64,000 bases of DNA from an uncultured Acidobacteriota bacterium (GTDB taxonomy: Bacteria; Acidobacteriota; Thermoanaerobaculia; Multivoradales; JAGPDF01), in NCBI GenBank assembly GCA_963803995.1, contig CAWDOT010000004.1, positions 91,093-155,092 of the forward strand. Reading direction: 5' to 3'. Positions 1 to 10,870 of the stretch are shown here, in pieces (the stretch's first letter is position 1; the number at the start of each line of letters is the position of its first letter). Under the pieces are notes generated by a model that was not told where the DNA came from, ran no database searches, and saw nothing but the letters and a program-made list of their open reading frames with translations. Made by a program: the position numbers and the translations under genes.

Positions 1-2
1 GC

Positions 3-791
3 GCGCTCGTCGCGGTGAACGTCGCGATCCTCGCGGGCGTCGTGATGGCCAACCACCTGCCAACCGTCCTGATGGGCGTCTTCCTGCTCTTCCTCGGCCT
101 GGCCGAAGCCTACAAGCGCTACCACGGCCGCCTGATCCTGCGCGAGGGGCTGATGGTGGCCTTCTTTCTCGCCGGTCTCGTCGTCCTCGGCGGTCAGCAG
201 AAATGGTGGCTCCAGGCTCTGCTCACGAGCCTCGACGAGTCGACCGTCTTCTTCGGCGCCGCCCTGCTCACGGCGGTAACCGACAACGCCGCCCTCACCT
301 ACCTCGGCTCGCTCGTCGACACGCTCTCCGAGGGCTTCAAGTACGCTCTGGTGGCCGGCGCCGTTGCGGGCGGCGGCCTCACCGTGATCGCGAACGCGCC
401 GAACCCGGCCGGGTTCGCCATCCTCAAGAACTCGTTCGAGGACAAGGCCATCAACCCGCTCGGCCTCGCGCTCGCGGCCCTGCCGCCCACGGCCGTGGCG
501 CTGGTGCTGTTCGGCGTGCGCGGCGGTCCGCTCGACGACCTGTTCGCGCCGTCGGCCTGGGGCGACTGGCTCGCGAGCGTCGACCGTCCCTTCCTCTTCC
601 TGCTCCTCCTGCCGCTCGTCGTGGTGGCGTTCGGTCTCTGGGCGGACAGCCTGGAACGCGCCCGCCGGGCCGCGGCCGGGAACGGTCAGGGAGTCGACCC
701 GAGGCGCGACCGCTGGACCGCGCCGCGGGCCGACGATCTCCGGCACGGCTCCGCGGAGGCGGACCGGACACGACCCGAGTCTGCCGCCTGA
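3..791 (+). CDS. Polytopic membrane permease, C-terminal part (5' end outside window); ion-transporter-superfamily / DUF1646-like putative cation antiporter
   Basis: The frame is open from the window edge to the stop at 789-791. The translation is a run of hydrophobic helices with permease-type motifs (FFGAALLTAVTDNAALTYLGSL, GGGLTVIANAPNPAGFAILKN). The family call rests on memory of similar permeases only. Confidence 0.45.
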   Translation, partial: ALVAVNVAILAGVVMANHLPTVLMGVFLLFLGLAEAYKRYHGRLILREGLMVAFFLAGLVVLGGQQKWWLQALLTSLDESTVFFGAALLTAVTDNAALTYLGSLVDTLSEGFKYALVAGAVAGGGLTVIANAPNPAGFAILKNSFEDKAINPLGLALAALPPTAVALVLFGVRGGPLDDLFAPSAWGDWLASVDRPFLFLLLLPLVVVAFGLWADSLERARRAAAGNGQGVDPRRDRWTAPRADDLRHGSAEADRTRPESAA

Positions 792-871
792 ACCGGGCAC
801 GGAGGTCGCGGTTCGATCCCGGACCGCGAGCTGCGCCCGACGAGCCGGACGGCAGTTGGTACCATCCGACC

Positions 872-2941
872 ATGGTCCGGCTCCGGCGCTCCGGAACATT
901 CACCGCGCTCTTCGTCCTGGGCCTCCTCGCGGGCCCTCGGGTCCTGGAGGCGAGGAGCGAGCGCGCACGCTCGGGGGAAGGCGAGGCGGCAGTCGCCTGG
1001 GGACCGGGCCAGGTGGTCTGGGAATCGAACCGGACCGGCGCGTTCCGCATCTGGACACGGCCGCTCGAGGGTGGCGACGCGCGCCAGCTCTCGCCCGAGG
1101 AGCCGGGGCGGGATCACTGCTGCGCGCACATCTCGCCCGACGGCCGGCGCGTCGCCTACCTCTCGCTGCCGGGCGGCGCGCGCGCCTATCTGCCGCCGGA
1201 GACTCCTGGCGTCCTGCGCCTGATCGAGGCCGACGGCACGCTCGACCGCGTCGCGGCGCCGGCGGCGCGCGCCTACGGCGAGCACCGCGCCGCGATCTGG
1301 TGGACCGCGAGCGAGCTCGTCCACATCGACGGCGCCGGCGACACGGTACGCCTCGACCTCGCGCGCGGCACGCGGTCGCGGCTCGCGCGAGGGCCGGCGC
1401 AGGGTGAAGGGTGGCTGCTCGACCCCACCGGCCGCTGGGCGACCGGCGGCACGCCGAGCTTCTCCGAGCGGACCGCGGACGGCACGATCCGGCGCGCGAC
1501 GCCGCTCGGCGGGTGCCAGCCCTACTTCGACGCGCGCAGCCGCTTCGGGATCTGGGCGGCCGGCGCCGGCGGACCGATCGACGCCATCGAGCTCGCCACC
1601 CGCCGCACGTTCACCCTGCTCGCGAAGAACGACGCGCGCCTCCCCGCCGATCGCGGTTACCTCTACTTCCCGATGCTCTCGCGCGACGGCTCGACTTCTC
1701 GCCTTCGCGGCGTCGGACGGAGCGCACGACCACTTCCGCGCCGACTACGACGTCTTCGCGATCGAGGTCGATCCGGATTCGCTCGCGCCGATCGGCCGCG
1801 CGGTGCGGATCTCCGCGCACCCGGGCGTCGACCGCTTCCCGGACCTCCACCGCGCGCGGCCGCCGCGCCGGCAACCGGGCGCCGCCGCGACCGCGCCGGC
1901 CGTAACCCCGCCGCCCGCCGCGGCGCCGGGCTGGCCGGCGCGCGCCGACGGATTGGCGCTCGTCTGGGAGGGGGCGGACCGCCCCAACCGGCGCGATCCC
2001 GACGCCGCCAGCGAGCAGCTCTCGCCAGCCGGGCGCGCCGTCTACGATCGGCGCGGCCGCATGAGCTTCGGCGGCGGCTCGTTCGCGCTCGACGACGGGC
2101 GCGCGAGCGAAGTCGCCGCCGAGCTGCGCGGCGCCAACGCGCTCAGCCTCCAGATCGTGGTCGAGCCCGCGACGATCGACGCCGCGGTCTCGGCCCCGAT
2201 CGTCGCGCTCACCACGCAGCCCGGACGGCGCGGCTTCCAGCTGCGCCAGCGCGGGCGCGCGGTCGAGCTCCTGCTGCGCACGTCCGAAACCGCGGCGACC
2301 GCTCCGGCGGTCCACCTCCTCGACCTGCCCGACGGGGCGCCCCACCACGTCGCCCTCACCTTCTCCCCGGGCCGTCTCACGAGCTACCTCGACGGCCGCA
2401 GCGTCGGCTCGACCATGGTTCCCGGCGACTTCTTCCACTGGCGCTCGGGGCGGCTCGAGCTGGGCGCCGGGCCGGACGGCGCCGCTCGCTTCCGCGGCGC
2501 GCTGTCGCACCTCGCGATCCACGCCCGCGAGCTCCCGGCGGCGGAGGTCGAGGCCGACGCGCGGATCGCGCTCGCCGCCCTCGCGGCGGCGCCGCCGGTG
2601 CCCTTCGCCGAGGTCGAGGCGCGCCTCGTCGCGCGCTCGCGGATCCCGACGCTCGAGGAGATCTCCCCCTACCGGCAGGCGCTGGTGGTCGAGGAGTGGG
2701 AGGTGCTGCGCCCGCTCGGCGGCGTCGCCGTCGGCGGCCGCATCCGGGTGGCGCGCTGGGCGCTGCTCGACGGCGCGCCGACGCCCGAGAGCGGCGAGCC
2801 GCCGGGCACGGTGCGCCGCCTGCGCCTCGAGCCCCACGCGCGGCAGCCGCAGCTCGAGAGCGTGGTCCTCTCCGACACCCTGCCCGCGCCCGCCGCGGGC
2901 GGGCCGCCGCTCGGCTTCGACGTCGGCTGGAGCGGGGCTAG
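872..2941 (+). pseudogene. Secreted TolB/PD40-like beta-propeller + LamG (concanavalin-like lectin) domain protein; frame-disrupted as assembled
   Basis: ATG at 872 with a signal-like N-terminus (MVRLRRSGTFTALFVLGLLAG) and a PD40-type motif (HISPDGRRVAYLS). Near 1690 the sensible translation jumps frame (YLYFPMLSRDGS then RLLAFAASDGAHDHFRADYDVFAIEVDP). A LamG-like block follows (HHVALTFSPGRLTSYLDGRSVG ... RFRGALSHLAIHARELPAAEVEAD). There is no in-frame stop before the next gene, so a second indel near 2935 is implied. Confidence 0.5.
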
Positions 2942-2953
2942 GCGCGGCGGGCG

Positions 2954-4415
2954 ATGGTCTTCAGCTCCTACCTCTTCCTGTTCGGCTTCCTGCCGCTCGC
3001 GCTCGCGCTCTACTTCGGCGCGCCGCGCCGCGCGCCGCAACCTCGTCCTCACGCTCGTCTCCTACGTCTTCTACGGCTGGACCAGTCCGGCCTTCTGCAT
3101 CCTGCTGTTCGTCTCGACGGCGATCGACTGGGTCTGCGGCCTGGTCCAGGCCGGCTCCTGGCCCTGGCGAGCCCGACCCCGAGCCGCTGCCGCCGGGCGG
3201 CCCGCGCAGCCGCCGCCAGCGGATCGCGCTGGTCGCCTCGATCGTCTCCAACCTCTCGCTGCTCGGCTTCTTCAAGTACTTCGACTTCGCGGTCGACAGC
3301 TGGAACGGCGTCGCTCGCAGCGCTCGGCCTCCCCGAGGCGGCGCTCGCGCACGTGCGCTCGCGGTGACGCTGCCGCTCGGCATCAGCTTCTACACGTTCC
3401 AGTCGATGAGCTACACGATCGACGTCTACCGCGGCACGCGCGGCGCCGATGCGCAGCTTCGTCGACTTCGCCTGCTTCGTCTCGATGTTCCCGCAGCTGG
3501 TGGCCGGGCCGATCGTGCGCTTCTCGGAGATCGCCGACCAGCTGCGAGCCGCGAGGTCACACTCGCGCGAAGTTCGCCCGCGGCGTCGCCTTCCTCTCGC
3601 GTCGGCCTCGCCAAGAAGGTGCTGCTCGCCAACCCCTGCGGCAAGATCGCGGACACCGTCTTCGACGCCGCTCGGCTACGTCCGCGCTCGACGCCTGGCA
3701 CGGACTCGTCGCCTACGCCTTCCAGATCTACTTCGACTTCTCCGGCTACTCGGACATGGCGATCGGGCTCGGGCTGATGCTCGGCTTCGTCTTCCCGAAG
3801 AACTTCGACTCGCCCTACGTCGCGCGGTCGATCACCGAGTTCTGGCGGCGCTGGCACATCTCGCTCTCGACCTGGCTGCGCGACTACCTCTACATCCCGC
3901 TCGGCGGCAACCGGAAGGGCCCGCGCCGCACCTACGTCAACCTCGCCGCCGTCATGCTGCTCGGCGGCCTCTGGCACGGCGCCGCCTGGAACTTCGTGCT
4001 CTGGGGCGGCCTGCACGGCGCCGCGCTCGCCGCGGAGCGCAGGATCACACCGGAAAGGCTGTACGGAAGGCTCCCGGGACCCCTGCGCACCGCTCTCGTC
4101 TTCGGATTCGTCACGATCGCCTGGGTCCCCTTCCGAGCGAAGGACCTGCCGGCGACGCTCGAGTTCTTCTCCCGCCTCCTCGGCCTCCAGACCGCGACCC
4201 CGTCGGCCAACCTGCTCTCCGGCCTCCTCCATTCCCCTTATCTGGTCTTTTCCTTCTTGACCGCGGCCGCAGTCGTCTGGGGCGCGCAGCAGAGCTGGAC
4301 CTGGACGCGCGACCTCTCGCCCGCGCGCGCCGCCAGCGCTCTCGGACTCCTCGGCCTGGCGCTCGTCGCGCTCGCCACGCAGCGTTTCAATCCGTTCATC
4401 TACTTCATCTTCTGA
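2954..4415 (+). pseudogene. MBOAT-family O-acyltransferase (AlgI/DltB-like), copy 1; about 8 frame switches between 3028 and 3680 as assembled
   Basis: ATG at 2954 (MVFSSYLFLFGFLPLALALYFGAPRRA). Conserved MBOAT sequence then continues in alternating frames: [129 protein letters not shown]. The tail is uninterrupted from about 3690 and carries the catalytic-His block [27 protein letters not shown] and the end NPFIYFIF. It is a paralog of 8127-9582. Confidence 0.8.
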
Positions 4416-4416
4416 G

Positions 4417-5703
4417 ATGGCGACCTTCGACCCCTCCTCGCGCGAACGGGAAGCCCATGCGGAGATCGTGGCCACGCGGGTCGCGCCGCGCACCGCCCGC
4501 GCGCTGGTCGCGACGGTCCTGGCGTTCGCCGCGCTCGGGCTCGGCCTCGAGCTCGCCGCGCTCATGCGCGGCGCGTCGAGCCTGTCGGAGACCTGGGCGC
4601 CGCCCGCCGCGGCTCCCGGTCTGCCCGCCCTCGCCTGGAACCGGGAGGCGGTCGCGCGGCTGCGCGAGATCGACGACCGGGTCGACCAGCGTTCGGCATT
4701 GGCGCGCGCGCTGCGCCCCTGGGGGCAGGTCGCGCTGACGGCGCTGGCCCGCTACGGCAACGAGGAGGCCTACGTCGGCCGCCGGGACTGGCTCGTCTAC
4801 CGGCCCGACTTCGACCACCTGACCGGCCGGGGGTACCTCGACCGCCGGCCCGGAGATCCCGTCGCCGCGATCGCCGGTTTCGCCGCGGACCTCGAGCGCC
4901 GCGGCGTCCGGCTGCTCCTGGTGCCGGTCCCGGCAAAGCCGGCGGTGCATCCGGAGAGCCTGGCGGAGGATCTTCCGGACGAGGCGCCGCGCAACGTCGA
5001 CGACGCCACCTTCGCCACGCGCCTGCGCACGCTCGGCGCCGGCATGCTCGATCCGCTCGACCTCCTGCGCAGCGCGGCGCTCGACGAGCCCGCCTACCTC
5101 GCGACCGACACGCACTGGCGCCCCGCGGCGATGGACCAGGTCGCGCGCGAGACGGCGATCCGGCTGCGCGCGCTGGTGGACCTCCCGGTCGGAGACGATG
5201 CGGCGCTGCGCGAGGAACCGGGCCGCGTCGAGGGGGTCGGCGACACCGCCGCCCTGCTCGAGCTGCCGGCCGGCGTCCGGCGCTTCGCGCCCGAGCGGGT
5301 CGAGACGCGCCGCGTGATCCGAGCCGACGGCACACCCTGGCGTCCGGAACGGGGCGCCCCGGTGCTCCTGCTCGGCGACAGCTTCGCGGCCATCTACTCC
5401 CAGGCCGAGCTCGGCTTCGGCGCCGGCGCCGGCTTCGCCGAGCGGCTCTCCTTCCATCTTGGTCTGCCGGTCGATCGGATCCTGCGCAACGCCGGCGGCG
5501 CCTCGGCCACGCGCGCGGCGCTCGCGGAAGAGCTTGTCCGCGATCCGCGCCGGCTCGACGGCGTGCGCGCCGTCGTCTGGCAGCTCGCCGCGCGCGAGCT
5601 CTCGGAGGGCGACTGGCGGGCCATCCCGCTGCCGGCCGCGTCCACCCCCGCCGGGGACCCTCCCGGTCCCGCCGCCGGGACGAACGGTGCGGAGTCGCGA
5701 TAG
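4417..5703 (+). CDS. AlgJ/AlgX-type (SGNH-like) polysaccharide O-acetylation protein, copy 1
   Basis: The ATG lies 2 nt after the algI-like stop. It has an N-terminal membrane anchor, a DTHW motif ([14 protein letters not shown]) and an LLLGDSF block. Its position immediately after an AlgI-like MBOAT matches alginate/cellulose acetylation operons. 428 aa, uninterrupted. Confidence 0.7.
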   Translation: MATFDPSSREREAHAEIVATRVAPRTARALVATVLAFAALGLGLELAALMRGASSLSETWAPPAAAPGLPALAWNREAVARLREIDDRVDQRSALARALRPWGQVALTALARYGNEEAYVGRRDWLVYRPDFDHLTGRGYLDRRPGDPVAAIAGFAADLERRGVRLLLVPVPAKPAVHPESLAEDLPDEAPRNVDDATFATRLRTLGAGMLDPLDLLRSAALDEPAYLATDTHWRPAAMDQVARETAIRLRALVDLPVGDDAALREEPGRVEGVGDTAALLELPAGVRRFAPERVETRRVIRADGTPWRPERGAPVLLLGDSFAAIYSQAELGFGAGAGFAERLSFHLGLPVDRILRNAGGASATRAALAEELVRDPRRLDGVRAVVWQLAARELSEGDWRAIPLPAASTPAGDPPGPAAGTNGAESR

Positions 5704-5712
5704 AAACAGCCC

Positions 5713-6241
5713 ATGATCGACCTCCGCTACCCCATCGGCCGCTTCCAGCCCTCCGCGACCTTCACACCCGAGTCCCGGCGTCGCGCCATCGAGGCGATCG
5801 CCGCGCTCCCGGCCGACCTGCGGGCGGCGGTCGCGGGGCTCGACGGACGCCAGCTCGACACGCCCTATCGCGACGGCGGCTGGAGCGTGCGCCAGCTCGT
5901 GCACCACGTGCCGGACAGCCACCTGAACGCCTACGTGCGCCATCGACTCTGTGTGACCGAGGAGAACCCGACCGTCCGCGCCTACGACGAGAAACTGTGG
6001 GCGGCGACGCCGGAAGTCGCGACGGGCGACGTCGCGCTCCCGCTGGCGCTGCTCGACGCGGTTCACGCCCGCTGGCTGAGCTTTCTCGCGGCGTTGCCCG
6101 AGCCGGCCTTCGCGCGCACCCTCGTCCACCCGGCGACCGGCAAAGTCTGGAGCTCTCGACGAGAACCTCGAGATGTACGCCTGGCACGGCCGCCACCACA
6201 CGGCCCACGTGACGGCGCTGCGCGAGCGGATGGGCTGGTGA
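5713..6241 (+). pseudogene. DinB/YfiT-family metal-dependent protein (bacillithiol-transferase-like fold); one frame switch as assembled
   Basis: MIDLRYPIGRF..., HHVPDSHLNAY. The family-typical C-terminus [28 protein letters not shown] can only be read after a 1-nt shift near 6150-6155. Stop at 6239-6241. Confidence 0.7.
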
Positions 6242-6248
6242 CCGGAGC

Positions 6249-8012
6249 TCAGCCGCGCAGCGTGGGTTGGGTGTGTGGGGCCTCGGCGCCCGACAGCTCG
6301 GCCGAGATCTCGTGCGGCAGCGGGAACCAGCGCAGCGCCTCGAGCTCCTCGGGCAGCGGCTCGGGCTGGACCACGGTCGCGGCCGCCGCCTGACCGAAGA
6401 TGCGGCGGGCCTCCTCCAGGTAGTCCGCCAGCGCCGACTCCGGTTCGGTCAGGTGGAAGGAGCCGTAGCGCATGCGCCCCTCCTCGTAGCGGATCTCCGC
6501 GAGCCGCGCCGCCGGCTGCGGCGGGCGCTGGCGGTGGCGCCACTGGCCGCTCGCCGGATCGAACCGGTACTGCGGCAGCAGTTTCCACCCCTCCTCCGCG
6601 ATCAGCGAGACGGCGTCGACCAGGTAGCGGAAGACCGCTTCCGAGAGGAAGTAGTTGAAGCCGAGCCGCGTCCAGCCCGGCTTGATCCCCTCGCAGCCGG
6701 CCAGGATGCCGCGCTCGAAGCGGTGCGAGGTCTCGAGGTCGATGCCGAGCAGGCGGTGGCCGTACGGTCCGGCGCAGGAGCAGCCGCCGCGCGACTGGAT
6801 GCCGAACAGGTCGTTGAGCAGCGCGACCACGTAGTTGTGGTGCAGGAAGCCGTCGCCGTGGCGGACGAGGAACGAGACGATCGACAGGCGCGGCGCGGTG
6901 AGGCTGCCGAGCAGGCGCAGTCCCGGATGCCGCCGCCACTCCGCGATCGCCCGTTCGACGAAGCCGCGCTCGAGCGCCTCGATGGTCCCGGCGCCGACCG
7001 CGGCCTTGAGGTGGAAGACGAGCCCGGCGCGGATCGACTCGAGGATCGCCGGCGTGCCTCCCTCCTCCCGGTGCTGCGGGTCGGCGAGATAGTCGTGTTC
7101 GATCGCGTTGACGTAGGCGACCGTGCCGCCGCCCGGCACTGTCGGCACCCGGTTGCGGAAGAGCCGCCGCTTGGCGACCAGCACCCCCGGCGTCCCCGGT
7201 CCGCCGATGAACTTGTGGGGTGAGAGGAAGATCGCGTCGAGGTCGGCGTCGGCGAGCGCCGGGTCCCGGCGCGAAGGGGTGACCTCGATGTCGACGTAGG
7301 GCGCCGCCGCCGCGAAGTCCCAGAAGGCGAGCGCGCCGGCGGCGTGGAGCCGCCGGGTGATGCCCGGAACATCCGAGAGGATGCCGGTGACGTTCGACGC
7401 CGCCGAGAAGCTGCCGATCTTGAGCGCGCGCTCGGCGTGGCGCTCGAGCTCGCGCTCGAGCTGCCCGACGTCGATCCGCCCGTCGGCGTCCTCGGCGATC
7501 ACCACCACGTCGGCCAGCGACTCGCGCCAGGGCAGCTCGTTGGAGTGGTGCTCGTAGGGGCCGATGAAGACGACCGGGCGATCCGCGCGCGGGATCCGCT
7601 CCGAGAGCCGGAAGCGCGCGTCGAGATCGGCCGGCAGCCGGAGGTTGAGCACGTCGACCAGCTTGGCGATCGCCCCGGTCGCGCCCGAACCGCAGAACAG
7701 AACGACATCGTCGTCGCCGCCGCCGACCGATTCCCGGATCAGCGCCCGCGCCTCCTCGCGGAAGGCGGTCGTCTGCATGCCGGTACCGGAGGCCTCGGTG
7801 TGCGTGTTCGCGTAGCGCGGCAGGACCTCGGCGCGCAGGAAGTCCTCGAGGAACGAGAGCGCGCGTCCCGAGGCGGTGTAGTCGGCGTAGGTGATCCGGC
7901 GCGGGCCCCAGGGCCCGACGATCGCCTGGTCGTCGCCGAGGATCGAGGCGCGGATCGTCTCGACCAGCTTCGTCTTGTCGGGGGGCAACGCCGCGTTGGT
8001 CATCGCGGCCAT
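6249..8012 (-). CDS. Class-V aminotransferase (cysteine desulfurase / selenocysteine lyase-like), 587 aa
   Basis: Uninterrupted ORF from ATG (complement of 8010-8012). Fold-type-I class-V motifs: FCGSGATGAI, SFSAASNVTG, FLSPHKFIGGPGTPGVL (PLP-lysine context), CSCAGPYGH. Confidence 0.75.
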   Translation of the reverse strand: MAAMTNAALPPDKTKLVETIRASILGDDQAIVGPWGPRRITYADYTASGRALSFLEDFLRAEVLPRYANTHTEASGTGMQTTAFREEARALIRESVGGGDDDVVLFCGSGATGAIAKLVDVLNLRLPADLDARFRLSERIPRADRPVVFIGPYEHHSNELPWRESLADVVVIAEDADGRIDVGQLERELERHAERALKIGSFSAASNVTGILSDVPGITRRLHAAGALAFWDFAAAAPYVDIEVTPSRRDPALADADLDAIFLSPHKFIGGPGTPGVLVAKRRLFRNRVPTVPGGGTVAYVNAIEHDYLADPQHREEGGTPAILESIRAGLVFHLKAAVGAGTIEALERGFVERAIAEWRRHPGLRLLGSLTAPRLSIVSFLVRHGDGFLHHNYVVALLNDLFGIQSRGGCSCAGPYGHRLLGIDLETSHRFERGILAGCEGIKPGWTRLGFNYFLSEAVFRYLVDAVSLIAEEGWKLLPQYRFDPASGQWRHRQRPPQPAARLAEIRYEEGRMRYGSFHLTEPESALADYLEEARRIFGQAAAATVVQPEPLPEELEALRWFPLPHEISAELSGAEAPHTQPTLRG

Positions 8013-8126
8013 TCTCGGTTCCGTCCGCCCCGCCGGGCAAGCCCCCTCCGGGTGGGTCGGCCGCTCCCTTGCGCATCCCCCGTCGACCGGCTCTAATCGC
8101 GCCAGCACCGAGCCCGGCGCCAGCCC

Positions 8127-9582
8127 TTGGTCTTCAGCTCTCCACTCTTCGTCTTCCTCTTCCTGCCCGCCGCGCTCGCGGCCTACTACCTCGCGCCGCG
8201 CCGCGCCCGGCACCTCGTTCTCACCCTCTTCTCCTACGTCTTCTACGGGTGGACCAATCCGAGCTTCATGGTCCTGCTGCTGGCTTCGACCACCATCGAT
8301 TACGTCGCGGGGCTGGCGCTGGTCGGCACCACGCCCTGGTCGCGCGCGGAGATCCGCGAGCTGGCCAAGGGCGAGCCACGCAGCCGGCGCCAGAAGCTCG
8401 CGCTCGCCGTCTCGCTCGGCTCGAACCTGACGCTGCTCGGCTTCTTCAAGTACTTCCACTTCGCGGTCGACTCCTGGAACGGCGCCGCCGCGGCGCTCGG
8501 CCTGCCCGCCGCGGCGATCGAGAGCGCGGTCGCGGTGACCCTGCCGCTCGGCATCAGCTTCTACACCTTCCAGTCGATGAGCTACGCCATCGACGTCTAC
8601 CGCGGCGACGCGCGCGCGCTGCGCAACTTCGTCGACTTCGCCTGCTTCGTCTCGATGTTCCCGCAGCTCGTCGCCGGGCCGATCATCCGGTTCTCCGAGA
8701 TCGACGACCAGCTCCGCTCGCGCCGGCACACGGCCGCGCTGTTCGCGCGCGGCGTCGCCTTCTTCGCCCTGGGTATGGCCAAGAAGGTCCTGCTCGCCAA
8801 TCCCTGCGGACGGATCGCCGACACTCTCTTCGCCGCCGGCTCGGCGAGCGTCCTCGACTCCTGGTACGGCGTCGCCGCCTACGCCTTCCAGATCTACTTC
8901 GATTTCTCCGGCTACTCGGACATGGCGATCGGGCTCGGGCTGATGCTCGGCTTCGTCTTCCCGAAGAACTTCGACTCGCCCTACCGGTCGCGCCTCCTTC
9001 ACCGAGTTCTGGCGGCGCTGGCACATCTCGCTCTCGACCTGGCTGCGCGACTACCTCTACATCCCGCTCGGCGGCAACCGGAAGGGCCCGCGCCGCACCT
9101 ACGTCAACCTCGCCGTCACCATGCTGCTCGGCGGCCTCTGGCACGGCGCCGCCTGGAACTTCGTCCTCTGGGGGGCGGCGCACGGCACGTTCCTCGCGCT
9201 CGAACGGGCGGTCGGCGTCGAGCGCCTCTACGGCCGCCTGCCGCGTCCGCTGCGGATCGCCGTCGTCTTCACGCTGGTGCTGTTCACCTGGGTGCTCTTC
9301 CGCGCGCCCGACATGACGGCCGCGCTCGCCTACTTCGGGCGCCTGTTCGGCGCCGCGCCCGTGCAGGAGGGGGCGGTGCTGGTGAGCGATCTCGTCTACT
9401 CGCCCTACCTGCTCGGCACCTTCGCCGTCGCCGCCGCCGTCACCTGGCTCGCGCCGCAGACCTGGGAGTGGACCCGCCGCCTCTCGCCGGCGCGCGCGCT
9501 CGCCGCCTTCGCGCTCCTCGTCGCCGCCCTCGCCGTGCTCGCGACGCAGGACTACAACCCGTTCATCTATTTCATCTTCTGA
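8127..9582 (+). pseudogene. MBOAT-family O-acyltransferase (AlgI/DltB-like), copy 2; single 1-nt insertion near 8990 as assembled
   Basis: TTG start (MVFSSPLFVFLFLPAALAAYYLAPRRARHLVLTLFSYVFYGW...). The frame is continuous to ...[12 protein letters not shown]. The conserved [31 protein letters not shown] ... NPFIYFIF block then continues in the next frame (extra C in CGCGCCTCCTTC). Confidence 0.8.
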
Positions 9583-9589
9583 GCGCGCG

Positions 9590-10870
9590 ATGACCCGGAT
9601 CCCCGATCGAGAGGAACAGGCCCAGGCCGAGATGGCGGCGACCCGGGTCGGCGCCGTCACGCGCCGGGCCCTGGTCCTCGCTTTCCTCGCGCTGCTCGCG
9701 GCGGGGCTCGCGCTCCAGGAGCTGGCGCCGCTCCCCGCGGAGCCTGGCTTCCGCCCCACCCCGATCGACTTCGGGAGCTGGACGGAGTGGTGCGACGCGT
9801 GGCGCGCGCGGGGCCCGCTCGCCCTCCGCCACGAAGTGCGCGCGCTGCTGCGCCGGATCGACCGCTGGAGCGAGAACGACCTGGTCGTGGTGCGCCGGCT
9901 GCGCCAGCCGACCCAGCGCGCCCTGCTCGACGCGCTCCGCTTCGGCAACTCGCAGGTGCGCACGGGCCGGGGCGGCTGGCTCTTCTACGAACGCGAGATC
10001 GACTCGATCACCGGCCCCCCCTTCCTCGACCACGAATCGGCCGAGCGCCGGCGGCTCGGCGATCCCGAAGCGGCGATCCGCGACCTCGGCGCGGCGCTGC
10101 GCGCCCGCGGGGCCTCGCTCGCGGTCGTACCGGCGCCGGCCAAGACCGCGGTCGAGTCGGCCCGTCTCTTCGGTTCCGGGGCTCCGGAGCGCCCGTTGCG
10201 AAACCCCGCCTTCGCCGAGCTCGCGCGCCGCCTCGACCGCGCCGGGATCGCGCTCTTCGATCCGACCCCCGCGCTGTTCGACGCCGCGCGCCGTGGCGAG
10301 CCGATCTTCCTGCGCACCGACTCACACTGGCGCCCGGAGACCGTCGACCGGGTGGCGGCGTGGATGGCCGAGGAGATCTTCCGGCGCGGCGTTCTGGAAC
10401 GACCGGCAGCGCCGCGCTATCACCGCTCGTCGGAAAGGGTCACCGGCCACCCCGACCTCGTGCGCCTGCTGAGCCTGCCCACCGCGGGCGAAGGCCCGCT
10501 CTACGAACCGGTGACGATCCAGGTCGTGCGCGGCGCCGACGGCGCGGTCTTCGAGCCGCGCGGCGCCTACGACGCGCCGATCCTCCTGCTCGGCGACAGC
10601 CTTGCCGGGAACTACGGCTGGGGGGGCCAGGGCTACGGCTCCGGCGCCGGTCTCGCCGAGCAGCTCGCCTTCCATCTCCAGACGCCCGTCCAGGCGATCC
10701 TCGAGCCGGCGGGCGGCGACGCCGACAGCCGGGAGAGGCTCGCCCACCGGCTCCGCCGGGGCGACGACATGCTCGCGGGCAAGCGCCTCGTGATCCTCGA
10801 GTTCGCCGAGCGCGAGCTCGCGATCGGCCCCTGGCGGCGGGCCAGGTTGCCCGCGCCCGGCTCCCGCTGA
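9590..10870 (+). CDS. AlgJ/AlgX-type (SGNH-like) polysaccharide O-acetylation protein, copy 2
   Basis: The ATG lies 8 nt after the algI-like stop. It has a membrane anchor, FLRTDSHWRPETVD (DxHW motif) and LLLGDSLAG. 426 aa, uninterrupted. It is a diverged paralog of 4417-5703. Confidence 0.7.
   Translation: MTRIPDREEQAQAEMAATRVGAVTRRALVLAFLALLAAGLALQELAPLPAEPGFRPTPIDFGSWTEWCDAWRARGPLALRHEVRALLRRIDRWSENDLVVVRRLRQPTQRALLDALRFGNSQVRTGRGGWLFYEREIDSITGPPFLDHESAERRRLGDPEAAIRDLGAALRARGASLAVVPAPAKTAVESARLFGSGAPERPLRNPAFAELARRLDRAGIALFDPTPALFDAARRGEPIFLRTDSHWRPETVDRVAAWMAEEIFRRGVLERPAAPRYHRSSERVTGHPDLVRLLSLPTAGEGPLYEPVTIQVVRGADGAVFEPRGAYDAPILLLGDSLAGNYGWGGQGYGSGAGLAEQLAFHLQTPVQAILEPAGGDADSRERLAHRLRRGDDMLAGKRLVILEFAERELAIGPWRRARLPAPGSR

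Noticed and set aside
4405-8076. A 1223-aa minus-strand ORF, plus similar giants in the track (203-2941 +, 1404-4415 + upstream part, 6249-9026 upstream part, 37149-39125 -, 37190-40474 +, 43992-46262 -).
   Set aside because: Their translations are Arg/Ala/Gly/Pro low-complexity strings with no motifs. They run antisense or off-frame to genes with clear family signatures. In 70% GC DNA stop codons are rare, so long spurious ORFs are expected.
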